32,000 nt of DNA from Comamonadaceae bacterium. Lineage in GTDB: Bacteria; Pseudomonadota; Gammaproteobacteria; Burkholderiales; Burkholderiaceae_C. The stretch covers positions 10,428 through 42,427 of the forward strand of contig CANFJQ010000007.1 in assembly GCA_947447615.1 (NCBI GenBank). The letters run 5' to 3'. A model generated the notes under the pieces. That model worked only from the letters and a program-made list of their open reading frames with translations. It was not told where the DNA came from and did not search any database. A program made the position numbers and the translations under genes. Of this stretch, positions 9,920 through 20,277 are shown one piece after another; the stretch's first letter is position 1; the number at the start of each line of letters is the position of its first letter.

Positions 9920-10996
9920 TTAGCGCTGGTACAGGCCACTGGCCATGTAGCTATTACGCAAACGGCGTATCGCGACCAGCAACACGGCACTGGCCGGCAA
10001 GGCCACCAAAATGCCGACAAAGCCAAACACCTGGCCAAAGGCCATGAGCGCAAAAATCACGGCCAGAGGGTGCAGGCCGATGCGCTCGCCTACCAGGCGC
10101 GGCGTGAGGAAAAAGCTCTCAAGTACCTGGCCCAGGCCAAAGACCACGGCCACCATGGTCAGCGCATAAGTGGGGCCGGAAGTGGCGGAGAACTCCAGCA
10201 GCCCGGCCAGCAGCGCCAGCACCATGCCCAGCCCAAAACCCAGATAAGGCACAAACACCGCCAAGCCGGTAAAGGTGCCAATGGGCAGCGCCAGGTCCAA
10301 TCCAAACAAGGCCAGGGCCACGCTGTAATAAACCGCCAGCACGCCCATGACCACGATTTGCCCGCGCAGGTATTCGCCTAACACCTGGTCGGCATCGACC
10401 AAAAAGCTTTGGGTGTTTTCGCGGTAGCGCGGCGGGATGAGGGTGCGCAAGCCGACCATAAAACGGTCCCAGTCCATAAGCAGATAAAACAAAACCACGG
10501 GAATCAGCACCAAATTGCCAGCCACCGCCAATGCTGCACTGCCACCGAGTTTGATCGAGGAAAGAAAGGAGCCCATCACGTCTTCCACGTTGGCGCTCAG
10601 GTAGGTCATGACAAAGGCTTTGATACCTGCCGGCTCAAGGCTGAAGTGCAGGCCCAATTTGCGCAGCGTGGGCTGGATGGCCGCATTGAGTTGCTCCAGG
10701 AAGCCGGGCAGTTGCTCGCGCATCAGCGGCAGTTCCTTCACCAATATCGGCACCAGCAGCAGCACCAAGCCCACCAGCAGCACCAACACCAGCAATTCCA
10801 CCAGCACCACAGCCAACACGCGGGGTACGGTACCGCGCAGGCGGGCATCGAGCCAATCGACCAGCGGGGTAAGCGCGTAAGCCAGTACGGCGGCGACGGC
10901 AAAAGGCGCCAGCACTGGCGCCAACAACCAGAGGGTCAGCACGCAAAAGGCAATCAGGGCTGCCCAGGCGGCGGCGCTTTTTTGGGAGTCCGTCAA
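9920..10996 (-). CDS. AI-2E family transporter (PerM-like permease)
   Basis: Multi-TM protein with the typical AI-2E C-terminal half (GLHPLAVIFALMAFGQVFGFVGILVALP). I prefer the TTG at 10996, which has a GGAGAA 5 nt upstream. The listed ATG at 11113 would overlap the purM start and adds a non-membrane, low-complexity leader. Confidence 0.75.
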   Translation of the reverse strand: MTDSQKSAAAWAALIAFCVLTLWLLAPVLAPFAVAAVLAYALTPLVDWLDARLRGTVPRVLAVVLVELLVLVLLVGLVLLLVPILVKELPLMREQLPGFLEQLNAAIQPTLRKLGLHFSLEPAGIKAFVMTYLSANVEDVMGSFLSSIKLGGSAALAVAGNLVLIPVVLFYLLMDWDRFMVGLRTLIPPRYRENTQSFLVDADQVLGEYLRGQIVVMGVLAVYYSVALALFGLDLALPIGTFTGLAVFVPYLGFGLGMVLALLAGLLEFSATSGPTYALTMVAVVFGLGQVLESFFLTPRLVGERIGLHPLAVIFALMAFGQVFGFVGILVALPASAVLLVAIRRLRNSYMASGLYQR

Positions 10997-11105
10997 TGCT
11001 TCTCCAGAAGGGGCCGGGGTAAGACCGTAAAATCGAAGGCTGATTCTATCGGGCGCGCCCCGATTCCCCTCTCGCAGGCACGCCTGCCCCAGCCCCGCCC
11101 ATTCC

Positions 11106-12158
11106 ATGACCACTTCGCCCCCGCCCGCCGCCAGCCCTTTGTCCTACAAGTCTGCCGGGGTGGACATAGCCGCTGGGGATGCATTGGTCGAGCGTATCAA
11201 GCCCTTGGCGCGCAAAACCATGCGCGAAGGCGTGCTGGCGGGCATTGGCGGCTTTGGCGCGCTATTTGAGGTGCCCAAACGCTATAAAGAGCCGGTGTTG
11301 GTCAGCGGCACCGACGGCGTGGGCACCAAGCTCAAACTGGCGTTTGAATGGAATATGCACGACACCGTGGGCATCGACCTGGTGGCCATGAGCGTCAACG
11401 ACGTGCTGGTGCAAGGCGCCGAGCCCCTGTTTTTTCTGGACTACTTTGCCTGCGGCAAGCTGGACGTGGACACTGCAGCAGCGGTGATTGGCGGGATTGC
11501 CAAGGGCTGCGAGCTGTCGGGCTGCGCGCTGATCGGCGGCGAAACCGCGGAAATGCCGGGCATGTATCCGGCAGGCGAATACGACCTGGCCGGGTTTGCG
11601 GTGGGCGCGGTGGAAAAATCCAAAATCTTGAGCGGCGCCGATGTGAAGCCAGGCGACGTGGTGTTGGGACTGGCCTCCAGCGGCGTGCATTCCAACGGTT
11701 TTAGCCTGGTACGCAAATGCATTGAGCGCGCCGCCGGGCAATTGCCCGCCACCTTAGATGGCAAACCCTTTAAGCAGGCCTTGATGGAGCCGACCCGCCT
11801 TTATGTAAAAAACGTATTGGCCGCGCTGGCCGCGCACCCTATCAAGGCCTTGGCCCACATCACCGGCGGCGGTTTGCTGGAAAACATCCCGCGCGTGCTT
11901 CCAGAAGACTGCGCCGCCCAGCTAGTTAAAGGTAGCTGGGCGCAAACCGAACTCTTTGCCTGGCTACAAAACACCGCCGGGATTGACGACATAGAGATGA
12001 ACCGCACTTTTAATAACGGCATTGGCATGGTGGTGGTCATCGACGCCGCCCATGCCGCCGCTTGCGCCCACACGCTGCGCGATGCGGGCGAAGCCGTGTA
12101 CGAGATCGGGGCAATCGTGCAGGCGCAGGTGGGAGCGGCCAAGGTAACGGTGGGGTGA
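11106..12158 (+). CDS. purM: phosphoribosylformylglycinamidine cyclo-ligase (AIR synthetase)
   Basis: Colinear with E. coli PurM motifs [35 protein letters not shown] and [11 protein letters not shown]. Confidence 0.95.
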   Translation: MTTSPPPAASPLSYKSAGVDIAAGDALVERIKPLARKTMREGVLAGIGGFGALFEVPKRYKEPVLVSGTDGVGTKLKLAFEWNMHDTVGIDLVAMSVNDVLVQGAEPLFFLDYFACGKLDVDTAAAVIGGIAKGCELSGCALIGGETAEMPGMYPAGEYDLAGFAVGAVEKSKILSGADVKPGDVVLGLASSGVHSNGFSLVRKCIERAAGQLPATLDGKPFKQALMEPTRLYVKNVLAALAAHPIKALAHITGGGLLENIPRVLPEDCAAQLVKGSWAQTELFAWLQNTAGIDDIEMNRTFNNGIGMVVVIDAAHAAACAHTLRDAGEAVYEIGAIVQAQVGAAKVTVG

Positions 12159-12219
12159 TTACGCGGCTGACACAATAGGTCGTTAGGATGCGCGCCTGTT
12201 GAATAGAAAGGGACTTTGC

Positions 12220-13014
12220 ATGCACCAAAAGAAACCTTATTTTGCGCACTTATTTTGCGGACTTGGCGCACTCGGACTGCTTGCATTTTTTAATGCAGCC
12301 ATAGCCCAAAACGCAGTGCCCGCAGCGCAAGCCGCCAGCGGCGCAGTTACTGCGGTGGTGACGACCAACCCCTACGGATTAGAAGCCCTTTGGGAAGGCT
12401 CGGACCTGGTAACCAAAATGGTCTTGCTGCTGCTCCTGATCATGAGCATGGGTAGCTGGTACATCATGATTGTCAAGGTGCTGGAGCAAAGCAAGATGGG
12501 CCGCCAAGGCAAAGACGCCCAAGCATTTTGGAGTGCTGCCACTGTGGCCGAAGGCACGGCAGCGTTATCGCAAGAAAGCCCCTACCGTTTCTTAGCCGAT
12601 GCCGCTGGCGCGGCGGTCAACAAGCACCACGGCCTGATGGGCCATATCCCTCTCAATGACTGGATCGCCATGGCCATCCAGCGGGCGGTGGACCGGGTGC
12701 AGAGCAATACCCAAAACGGCCTGGCCTTTTTGGCCACCGTAGGCTCCACCTCTCCCTTTGTCGGCTTGTTTGGCACGGTCTGGGGCATCTACCACGCGCT
12801 CACTGCCATCGGCATCTCCGGCCAAGCCTCTATCGACAAAGTAGCCGGCCCCGTGGGCGAAGCGCTGATCATGACAGCCATCGGCCTGGCAGTGGCCGTG
12901 CCCGCAGTGCTGGCCTACAACTGGCTAGTGCGCCGTAATAAAGCGGTGATGGACGAGGTGCGCGCCTTTGGCAACGACCTGCACGCCGTGGTGCTGGGCA
13001 CCATCAAGAACTAA
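12220..13014 (+). CDS. exbB: MotA/TolQ/ExbB proton-channel protein
   Basis: Channel motif GLFGTVWGI...GPVGEALIMTAIGLAVAVPAV. The ATG at 12220 is preceded by agaaaggg. It is followed by two exbD genes and tonB. Confidence 0.85.
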   Translation: MHQKKPYFAHLFCGLGALGLLAFFNAAIAQNAVPAAQAASGAVTAVVTTNPYGLEALWEGSDLVTKMVLLLLLIMSMGSWYIMIVKVLEQSKMGRQGKDAQAFWSAATVAEGTAALSQESPYRFLADAAGAAVNKHHGLMGHIPLNDWIAMAIQRAVDRVQSNTQNGLAFLATVGSTSPFVGLFGTVWGIYHALTAIGISGQASIDKVAGPVGEALIMTAIGLAVAVPAVLAYNWLVRRNKAVMDEVRAFGNDLHAVVLGTIKN

Positions 13015-13044
13015 GGCCCGCTTTTTCTTCGCAGGCGCAGCACT

Positions 13045-13473
13045 ATGGCAATGAACGTGGGCCCTGGCCCTGATGACAACGACGCGGTCATCTCTACCAT
13101 CAACACCACGCCTTTGGTCGATGTGATGCTGGTCTTGCTGATCATCTTCCTGATCACCATCCCCGTGGTCACCACCGCCATCCCGGTGACCCTGCCCAAA
13201 GAGCGCATTGAGGTGCGCGAGACCAAGCCGGAGAACGTCATCATCTCGGTGGATGCGCAAAGCAATATCTTTTGGTACGAAGCGCGCGTGAGCAACGTAG
13301 AGGCGCTAACCGAGAAGCTGAAGAAAGTCGCCACCCAAAAGCCCCAACCCGAGGTGCAAATCCGGGGTGACCTGGCCGCGCGCTACGAAGGCGTAGGCAA
13401 GGTGCTGCTGGCCTGCCAGCGCGCAGGCATTGTCAAGGTGGCCTTCATCACCGAACCGCCTCCCCTGAATTAA
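13045..13473 (+). CDS. exbD: biopolymer transporter ExbD (copy 1)
   Basis: ExbD/TolR signature INTTPLVDVMLVLLIIFLI; 142 aa. Confidence 0.9.
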   Translation: MAMNVGPGPDDNDAVISTINTTPLVDVMLVLLIIFLITIPVVTTAIPVTLPKERIEVRETKPENVIISVDAQSNIFWYEARVSNVEALTEKLKKVATQKPQPEVQIRGDLAARYEGVGKVLLACQRAGIVKVAFITEPPPLN

Positions 13474-13495
13474 AGCGCAGCAGGACACTTCCACC

Positions 13496-13921
13496 ATGGC
13501 CATGAACATTGGAAACCGCGGCGCCAGCGACGAGCCAGAGCTGATGATGGAGATCAACACCACGCCGCTGATTGACGTGATGCTGGTCTTGCTGGTGATG
13601 CTGATCATCACCATCCCCATCCAGCTGCATGCGGTGAACCTGGAAATGCCGGTGGGCGCGCCGCCGAATCAGCAAAAAATGGAAAAAATCCAGATCGATA
13701 TTGATTCGGCCAGCGTGGTTTATTGGAACGGGCTCGCGATGTCAGGCACAGAGTTGGACCAAAAAATGCAGGCGATTGGCCAATGGGCCGTGCAGCCGGA
13801 GGTGCATATCCGCCCCAACAAGGATGCGCGCTATGCGGTGTTTGCCCATGTGCTCTCGGGTACCAAGCGCCACGGGCTGACCAAGATTGCCGTGATCGGC
13901 GCTGAGCAATTTGTCCAATGA
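13496..13921 (+). CDS. exbD: biopolymer transporter ExbD (copy 2)
   Basis: ExbD/TolR signature INTTPLIDVMLVLLVMLII; 141 aa. It overlaps the tonB start by 4 nt. Confidence 0.9.
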   Translation: MAMNIGNRGASDEPELMMEINTTPLIDVMLVLLVMLIITIPIQLHAVNLEMPVGAPPNQQKMEKIQIDIDSASVVYWNGLAMSGTELDQKMQAIGQWAVQPEVHIRPNKDARYAVFAHVLSGTKRHGLTKIAVIGAEQFVQ

Positions 13922-14694
13922 GCGCTTTGGGTGAATTGGCGACCTCTAGCCGTGGCGCCAGCAGCGCCTGGCCTCACGGTTTTGGGCAGCAGGACAAAAG
14001 CCGCAGGCTCAAAGGCATTGCCTTTGTGCTGGTCGTGCATTTGGTGGTGGGCTATGTACTGATCTCCGGCCTGGCGCGCCAAGGGTTGACAATTCTCAAA
14101 AAGCCGCTTGAGGCGGTACTTATCCAAGAGGTAATCATCCCACCGCCACCACCGCCGCCTCCCCCACCGCCCAAGAAAATCGAGCCGCCGCCCGAGATGC
14201 CCAAGGTACAGGCGCCGCCGCCACCTTTTGTGCCGCCGCCGGATGTTCCGCCACCGGTAGCGACTACCGCACCAGTAATTCAAGCTGCACCGACACCGCC
14301 GCCCACGCCGCATGTGATTGCGCCGCCACCTCCTCCCGCCCCTCCGGCACCGCCTGCGCCTGCGCCTGCGCCTGCGCCTGCGCCAGCGCCACCGGCGCCA
14401 CCCCCACCCGCACCAGCGGTCTCACCGACACCCAAGGCAGTAAGTAATGTGTGCCCTAATGCAAATGCAGCTGAAAACAAACCCAATTACCCCCGTCGCG
14501 CATTTCAAGATGGTGTGCAAGGGGAAGTCGTCGTGCAAGCATTGATAAAAAACGGGCGCATACAGGAAGTCAGTTGGGTGTCAGGCCCCAAGGTTTTTAT
14601 GAATGAAATCAAGGCCGCCATGGGCAAGTACAAATGCAATGGCGACTACGAAGGCCTGGTGCCCGCTGTTTTTTCCTTCAAACTGGATGAATGA
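13918..14694 (+). CDS. tonB: energy transducer TonB
   Basis: N-terminal TM anchor, a very long Pro-rich spacer (PPPPPPPPPPPKK, APAPAPAPAP), and a C-terminal TonB domain (YPRRAFQDGVQGEVVV). Confidence 0.85.
   Translation: MSALGELATSSRGASSAWPHGFGQQDKSRRLKGIAFVLVVHLVVGYVLISGLARQGLTILKKPLEAVLIQEVIIPPPPPPPPPPPKKIEPPPEMPKVQAPPPPFVPPPDVPPPVATTAPVIQAAPTPPPTPHVIAPPPPPAPPAPPAPAPAPAPAPAPPAPPPPAPAVSPTPKAVSNVCPNANAAENKPNYPRRAFQDGVQGEVVVQALIKNGRIQEVSWVSGPKVFMNEIKAAMGKYKCNGDYEGLVPAVFSFKLDE
14351..14392 (+). repeat. Tandem hexanucleotide repeat (cgcctg x5, then cgccag and cgccac) inside tonB, encoding (Pro-Ala)n
   Basis: Read directly: cgcctgcgcctgcgcctgcgcctgcgcctgcgccagcgccac. Confidence 0.9.
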
Positions 14695-14709
14695 TCCAGT
14701 AGGGGCGAC

Positions 14710-15585
14710 TCAATTGGACTCGCGCCGTTTGCCCAATTGCCGTCTCAGCAAATCCACTTGGCTGCTGATAGCCTCAGCATCAACCACGTCATTGGCATTG
14801 ACGACGTAGCACTCCAGGTCTGCCAGTGCTTCCCCGTGGTTACCAAGCATAGCGTGGGCCAGGCCCCGGTCGCGGTATTCGGACCAGGCTTCGGGCGCCA
14901 GCACGATCAGCCGCTCTTGCACCGCAAGCCATTGGCTGCCGTGTTTTTGGCTGCGGAAAATCTCTTTCAAATTACGCAGCATGCGCGTCAGGATGTCGCG
15001 CGGTGGGGAGGCTTGCAAATACAGGCCTAGCGGCACCTCAAAATCCGCCCCGTGCTTGCCGCCCAAGCGGTAGGGTTCGAGCATTTCCTTGAGCTCTTCG
15101 CGGCTGAAAGACTGCCCGTTCATCGGGTCGATAACCGCCTGCCCTGCGGGCAGCGGCACCTTGATTAAAAAATGCCCGGGGAAGCTAACGCCCTTAGCAT
15201 CGAGCCCCAGGCCTTGCGCCAGTTCCAACCAGATGACGGCCATCGAGATGGGGATACCGCGCCGCGTCTCCATGACCTGGTGTAGATAGCTGTTATCGGG
15301 TGCGTAATAGTCGTTGAGGTTGCCGGCAAAGCCTAGCTCTTGGTAGAAAAAGCGGTTGAGTGCCATCAAGCGGGCCATGCCCGCAGCATCGGCGGGCACG
15401 CGCTTGCGTAAGCGCATTTGCCATTGGTCCATGCGCGAAAGTGTGGCTTGCACGTCCAGGTCGGCATCGCGCATATAGCCCAATGCGGCAGCAGCTTCAA
15501 ACAGGGGAAAGCCGCCGTCGCTGTGCACCAGGGACGCGAAATACGCCAAGGGGCTGGGCGGTTCAAAAGAAAAATCCATGCGCAA
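14710..15585 (-). CDS. SirB1/YchA-like protein (transglutaminase-like N-domain plus TPR-like C-domain)
   Basis: 291 aa. The call rests on recalled family resemblance (VIWLELAQGLGL...GVSFPGHFLIK, followed by a helical TPR-like tail). It has not been verified by search. Confidence 0.55.
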   Translation of the reverse strand: MRMDFSFEPPSPLAYFASLVHSDGGFPLFEAAAALGYMRDADLDVQATLSRMDQWQMRLRKRVPADAAGMARLMALNRFFYQELGFAGNLNDYYAPDNSYLHQVMETRRGIPISMAVIWLELAQGLGLDAKGVSFPGHFLIKVPLPAGQAVIDPMNGQSFSREELKEMLEPYRLGGKHGADFEVPLGLYLQASPPRDILTRMLRNLKEIFRSQKHGSQWLAVQERLIVLAPEAWSEYRDRGLAHAMLGNHGEALADLECYVVNANDVVDAEAISSQVDLLRRQLGKRRESN

Positions 15586-15616
15586 CTCTATCGCAAATCA
15601 GCCAAATTGCGCAGGC

Positions 15617-17176
15617 CTAGCGCCGTAAAAATTGGCGCAAATTCAGCCCCAGCGCCAGGATGCTGCCCAGGTACAAGAGCGCGGCACCGGCCAATACTAA
15701 AGCCACCCACAACACCCGCTGCAGCGGACCGCCGGGCATGTCCAACCACGTAAACGCTTGCGCCGCCCAAGCCAGATAGGCGCCCAAAGCCACACACGCA
15801 AGCAGGACTTGCAGCGCAAAGCGGCCCCAGCCGGGTTTTGGCTGATAACTGCCCCGCACCCGCAGCCCACGCAATAGCCACAACGCATTGAGCAATGCGC
15901 CCAGCGATATCGACAAGGACAAAGCCGCGTGCCGGAAATAAGGCACCAGCGCCCAGTTGAGCACCTGGGTAATAACGAGCACCAGCACCGCAATGCGCAC
16001 CGGCGTCTTCACGTCCTGGCTCGCGTAATAGCCAGGTGCCAGCACTTTGATTGCCACCAAGCCCACCAGGCCCACACCCCAACCGGTGAGGGCCAAGGCA
16101 GTTTGCTGTACATCAAAAGCGGTGAAGGCGCGGTAATGAAACAACACCGCGACCAAGGGCTGCGCGAACAACAAAAGCGCAACCGCGCAAGGTGTGGCAA
16201 GCAAGACCACGATACGCAAACCCCAATCCAGCAGCGCGGAATAGTCGTCGGCATTGGCCGTGGCGCGCGCTGAGGCCAGCCGGGGCATCAGCACCACGCC
16301 CAGCGCCACGCCCAGCATGGCGGTGGGAAACTCCATCAAGCGGTCGGCATAGCTGAGCCAGCTGACGCTGCCAACGGCCAGGTGGGAAGCAATCTGGGTG
16401 TTGATGAGCAAAGAAATTTGCGCCACGCTCACACCAAGCAAGGCGGGGCCCATGAGGCGCAAAATCGTGCGCATGCCGGGGTCCTTCCAGGCCGCGCGCA
16501 GCGCGGACCAGCCCAAGCCCAGTCGCGGCAGCAAACCCAAAGCCGCTAACGCAGGTATTTGCAGGCCTAGCTGCAAGAGGCCACCGGCCATCACCCCCAC
16601 CGCCATGGCAAAAATCGGCTCTATGCCTTGCGCGCCAAACCAAGGCGAAAGCCACCAAGCCGCCGCAATCGTGCTGACGTTAAGCAGCACCGGGGTGGCC
16701 GCCGGAATGGCAAAGCGCTTGTAGGTATTCAAAATCCCCGAGGACAGCGCCACCAGCGACATGCAGCCGATGTAGGGGAACATAAAGCGCGTCATCCACA
16801 CCGCAGCATCAAAGCCCGCTGGTGGCAAGCCGCTGGCCATGGCCCAGACCATCCAGGGCGCAAGCAATACGCCTGCCACACACACCAGCACCATGGCCCA
16901 GGCCAGCAGCGTGGCTACTTGGTCGATCAGGACTTTGGTGGCGGCATCGCCGTTTTGCGCTTTGCTGGCGGCCAGCACCGGAACAAATGCCTGGCTGAAA
17001 GCGCCTTCGGCAAACATGCGGCGAAACAGATTGGGGATGCGAAAGGCGACATTGAACGCGTCGGTCAGGGCGCTGGCGCCAAAGAGCGCGGCCATCAGGG
17101 TTTCGCGCAGCAAGCCGGTGACGCGCGAGGCCAATGTCCAGGCGGACACGGTAGAGGCGGACTTGAGGAGGCTCAC
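15617..17176 (-). CDS. murJ: lipid II flippase MurJ (MviN)
   Basis: The N-terminus SRVTGLLRE...[28 protein letters not shown] is the classic MurJ signature. Predicted to be a polytopic membrane protein (multiple hydrophobic segments); 519 aa. It is divergent from rpsT, as in many proteobacteria. Confidence 0.92.
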   Translation of the reverse strand: MSLLKSASTVSAWTLASRVTGLLRETLMAALFGASALTDAFNVAFRIPNLFRRMFAEGAFSQAFVPVLAASKAQNGDAATKVLIDQVATLLAWAMVLVCVAGVLLAPWMVWAMASGLPPAGFDAAVWMTRFMFPYIGCMSLVALSSGILNTYKRFAIPAATPVLLNVSTIAAAWWLSPWFGAQGIEPIFAMAVGVMAGGLLQLGLQIPALAALGLLPRLGLGWSALRAAWKDPGMRTILRLMGPALLGVSVAQISLLINTQIASHLAVGSVSWLSYADRLMEFPTAMLGVALGVVLMPRLASARATANADDYSALLDWGLRIVVLLATPCAVALLLFAQPLVAVLFHYRAFTAFDVQQTALALTGWGVGLVGLVAIKVLAPGYYASQDVKTPVRIAVLVLVITQVLNWALVPYFRHAALSLSISLGALLNALWLLRGLRVRGSYQPKPGWGRFALQVLLACVALGAYLAWAAQAFTWLDMPGGPLQRVLWVALVLAGAALLYLGSILALGLNLRQFLRR

Positions 17177-17260
17177 GGCGGGAGTTTAGCCGCTACCCCC
17201 TGCAAGGCTATAATGGTGGGCTTTGCTGGCAACATCCACAGACAACTAGGAAATACATTT

Positions 17261-17560
17261 ATGGCATCCGGAAAACCCAAGAAAAAGAACCCGCGCTTAG
17301 CGTCGGGCCGCAAACGCGTCCGCCAGGACGTCAAAATCAATGCAGCCAACACCTCGCTGCGCTCCAAATACCGCACCGCGGTGAAGAACGTTGAAAAAGC
17401 CGTTCTCGCCGGTGACAAAACCAAAGCAGCCGAGCTGTTTGGCAAGATGCAGGCCGTGGTGGACACCATCGCCGACAAAGGCATCTTCCACAAGAACAAA
17501 GCCGCCCGCGACAAGAGTCGTTTGGCCACCAAGGTAAAAACCTTGGCACTCGCCGCCTGA
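17261..17560 (+). CDS. rpsT: 30S ribosomal protein S20
   Basis: The last 99 codons of listed ORF 16628..17560, starting at the ATG at 17261: [23 protein letters not shown]...[13 protein letters not shown]. The upstream part of the listed ORF is a GC shadow of murJ. Confidence 0.92.
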   Translation: MASGKPKKKNPRLASGRKRVRQDVKINAANTSLRSKYRTAVKNVEKAVLAGDKTKAAELFGKMQAVVDTIADKGIFHKNKAARDKSRLATKVKTLALAA

Positions 17561-17630
17561 TTCTTCAGGTGCACAGCCCGAATCCTCCCGCAGGATTCGC
17601 CGTTTGAATCGGGTGCGCTGCCAGCAAAGC

Positions 17631-17657
17631 AAAAAGCCGTCGCAAGACGGCTTTTTT
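17631..17657. terminator. Rho-independent terminator shared by convergent rpsT and the flavin reductase gene
   Basis: Stem aaaaagccgtc, loop gcaa, stem gacggcttttt, followed by a T-run. Confidence 0.75.
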
Positions 17658-17694
17658 GTGGGCGCAACATCGGCAAACCGTGGCGAAAACGCCG

Positions 17695-18315
17695 TCAGCG
17701 CGGCCGCACCATGCGAAATAGCTGTTCCGGGCCGATGCTGAAATAGTCCGACGGACCGCCGCCGCGCAGTATGGGGCGGGCAGCCGCCGTGTCGTAGATA
17801 CCGCCTTGCAGGAGCGCGCTGGCGATATGCACTTTGACTACTTCGCCAAACACCATCCAGGTGTTCAGTTCCTCGCCCTGTGCCGAACGCAAGGGCATGT
17901 GCTGGCTGACTTTGCATTCAAAGCTAACCGGGCTTTGGGCCACACGCGGCGCCCTGACCAGGTCGGAAGGCAGCGGGCTCAATCCGGCTAAGGCGAATTC
18001 GTCCACTTCGGGGGCCACATGGGCGCAGGTCTGGTTCATGGCTTCGGCCAGGTCTTGGGTGGCTAAGTTCCAGACGAATTCGCCGGTTTCAATGGCATTG
18101 CGCACCGTGTCTTTGTAGCCCAGGCTGCTAAAGCCGATGATGGGCGGCACGTAATTGAAAGCATTGAAAAAGCTGTAGGGCGCCAGGTTCAACACGCCGC
18201 TGAGGCTGCATGTGGAAATCCAGCCGATCGGGCGCGGGCCGACGATGGCGTTAAACGGGTCGTGCGCCAGGCCGTGGCCCAAGCGGGGTTCGTAGGAGTG
18301 GATGCTTGTGGTCAT
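17695..18315 (-). CDS. flavin reductase family protein
   Basis: Flavin_Reduct-type N-terminal segment PRPIGWISTCS...NLAPYSFFNAF; 206 aa. Confidence 0.8.
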   Translation of the reverse strand: MTTSIHSYEPRLGHGLAHDPFNAIVGPRPIGWISTCSLSGVLNLAPYSFFNAFNYVPPIIGFSSLGYKDTVRNAIETGEFVWNLATQDLAEAMNQTCAHVAPEVDEFALAGLSPLPSDLVRAPRVAQSPVSFECKVSQHMPLRSAQGEELNTWMVFGEVVKVHIASALLQGGIYDTAAARPILRGGGPSDYFSIGPEQLFRMVRPR

Positions 18316-18454
18316 TTATCAATGGTGGAGAAGGAGCGCATTTGCGCGGCGGGCTTGCTCATAGGAGAAGGTGGGGCCATGCGCGCCATGGTAGCGCCAC
18401 TGCGCTAGGCCGCGTTCTGCGGACAAGCCGCGCCTTCAGCAGGGTGCGCGGCAC

Positions 18455-18766
18455 TTATTTCGACAATTCCGGCGGCAGGCCCTCGCTGGTCTGCAAATCG
18501 TTATCGCGCGCGAAGTTCAGGCAAAAGTCCCAGGCCATGACCTCGTGGTCGCGCAAATCGGGGTGGATGATGACGCATTTGGTGTCCCCAATGCTGGTGG
18601 GTATGCACCAGGGCGAATAGCCCAAATGGCTGCCCGGCTGCGGGCCGCCAGGGCGGAATTGGCTCATCACGCCGGCCAGGCGCTCGGCCCAGTCGCTGGG
18701 GCGAAATGCCCGGCCCTGGCGCGTTAGGCCCAGGATATAGATTTCTTTGGCGAGGGTGGTAGCCAT
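18455..18766 (-). CDS. DUF3579 domain-containing protein
   Basis: Starting at the ATG at 18766 the protein reads MATTLAKEIYILGLTRQGRAFRPSDWAERL. I recall this family as a small conserved betaproteobacterial protein found next to argD. The upstream extension in the listed ORF is unlikely to be real. Confidence 0.6.
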   Translation of the reverse strand: MATTLAKEIYILGLTRQGRAFRPSDWAERLAGVMSQFRPGGPQPGSHLGYSPWCIPTSIGDTKCVIIHPDLRDHEVMAWDFCLNFARDNDLQTSEGLPPELSK

Positions 18767-19013
18767 GTGCTCGGGATGGGCCGCTGTCAGGGTGGCAGGC
18801 GGCAGGTTTGCATTCCTGCGGATCGCGGGCGTGTTGCACCGCACCAGGCAGTTTACCTGTTGCGTGTGCGCATCAAGTTACACAATATGAACAATTGCAG
18901 GCCTGCGCCGCCAAAAGGCGCAGACTCTAAAATCCGCCTTCAACGGCCCAACTCGCGTTGGGCTGACTGCTTTGTAGCACCGCGCTTTTGCATTTTTTCC
19001 CCGGAGTGAGCCC

Positions 19014-20228
19014 ATGACCGCCCCCGCCTCCCCATCAGCCGCCGCGTCCCCGCATGTGATGACCACCTATGGCCGTCTGCCATTTGCCCTTTCCCACGGC
19101 CAGGGCTGCCGCGTCTGGGATACCAAAGGCCGCGAGTACCTGGACGCGCTGGGCGGTATTGCTGTCAACACCCTAGGCCATAACCACCCGGACCTGGTGG
19201 CCGCTTTGCAAGACCAGGTGACCAAGCTGATCCACACCTCTAATTACTACCACGTGCCCTTGCAAGAAGCGCTGGCGGCCAAGTTGGTGGAGCTATCGGG
19301 TATGGAGAACGTATTTTTCTGTTCCAGCGGGCTGGAAGCCAACGAGGCGGCGCTGAAACTGGCACGCAAATTTGGGCATGACAAGGGCATAGCCAAGCCG
19401 CAGATCGTGGTCTATGACAAAGCCTTTCATGGCCGCAGCATTGCCACGCTGAGCGCCACCGGCAACCCTAAAGTGCAAGCCGGTTTTGGTCCGCTGGTGG
19501 AGGGATTTATCCGCGTGCCTTTGAACAATATCGACGCCTTAAAGGCCGCGACCGAAGGCAACCAGAACGTGGTGGCGGTGTTTGTGGAGGCGATTCAAGG
19601 CGAAGGCGGCGTCAACCCCTTGCACATGGATTATTTGCGCGATTTACGCGCCTTGTGCGATGCGCGCGACTGGTTGCTGATGATTGACGAAGTGCAATGC
19701 GGTATGGGGCGCACCGGCAAATGGTTTGCGCACCAATGGGCCGGTATCGTGCCCGATGTGATGCCGCTGGCCAAAGGCCTGGGTTCGGGCGTGCCGGTGG
19801 GCGCTATTGTGGCCGGGCCGCGTGCGTCCAAAGTGCTGGGCTTGGGCAACCATGGCAGCACTTTTGGCGGGAACCCGTTGGCCATGCGCGCCGGGGTGGA
19901 AACCATACGCGTGATGGAGCGCGACGGCCTGCTGGCCCATGCCCAAAACGTGGGCGCGCACCTGAAAGCAGCCTTAAGCAGCGGCCTAGCCAAAGAGTTG
20001 GCAGCGGGTACCGTGAAAGAAATTCGCGGCCAAGGCTTGATGCTGGGCATTGAGCTGTCTAAGCCCTGCGGCGCGCTGATGCAACAAGCGGCTGACAAGG
20101 GCCTGCTAATTAGCGTGACGGCCGATTGCGTGGTGCGCCTGGTGCCTTCGCTGATTTTGACGGCGGCAGAGGCCGAGCAGATCGCCGCTATTTTGTGCCC
20201 GCTGATTAGCGCGTTTTTGGCGGCCTGA
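19014..20228 (+). CDS. argD: acetylornithine aminotransferase (class III PLP aminotransferase)
   Basis: Motifs SGLEANEAALKLARK and DEVQCGMGRTGKWFA, followed by STFGGNP. It lies adjacent to argF. Confidence 0.88.
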   Translation: MTAPASPSAAASPHVMTTYGRLPFALSHGQGCRVWDTKGREYLDALGGIAVNTLGHNHPDLVAALQDQVTKLIHTSNYYHVPLQEALAAKLVELSGMENVFFCSSGLEANEAALKLARKFGHDKGIAKPQIVVYDKAFHGRSIATLSATGNPKVQAGFGPLVEGFIRVPLNNIDALKAATEGNQNVVAVFVEAIQGEGGVNPLHMDYLRDLRALCDARDWLLMIDEVQCGMGRTGKWFAHQWAGIVPDVMPLAKGLGSGVPVGAIVAGPRASKVLGLGNHGSTFGGNPLAMRAGVETIRVMERDGLLAHAQNVGAHLKAALSSGLAKELAAGTVKEIRGQGLMLGIELSKPCGALMQQAADKGLLISVTADCVVRLVPSLILTAAEAEQIAAILCPLISAFLAA

Positions 20229-20277
20229 GCACGCTGGATTTTGCGCCCGGTCGGCTTATATATTTGGTAACCCTCTC

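Noticed and set aside
18875-18905. An ARG-box-like sequence (atatgaacaattgcag) upstream of argD.
   Set aside because: Only one half-site (TGAAC) resembles the TGAAT-N4-ATTCA consensus, and the second arm is absent.
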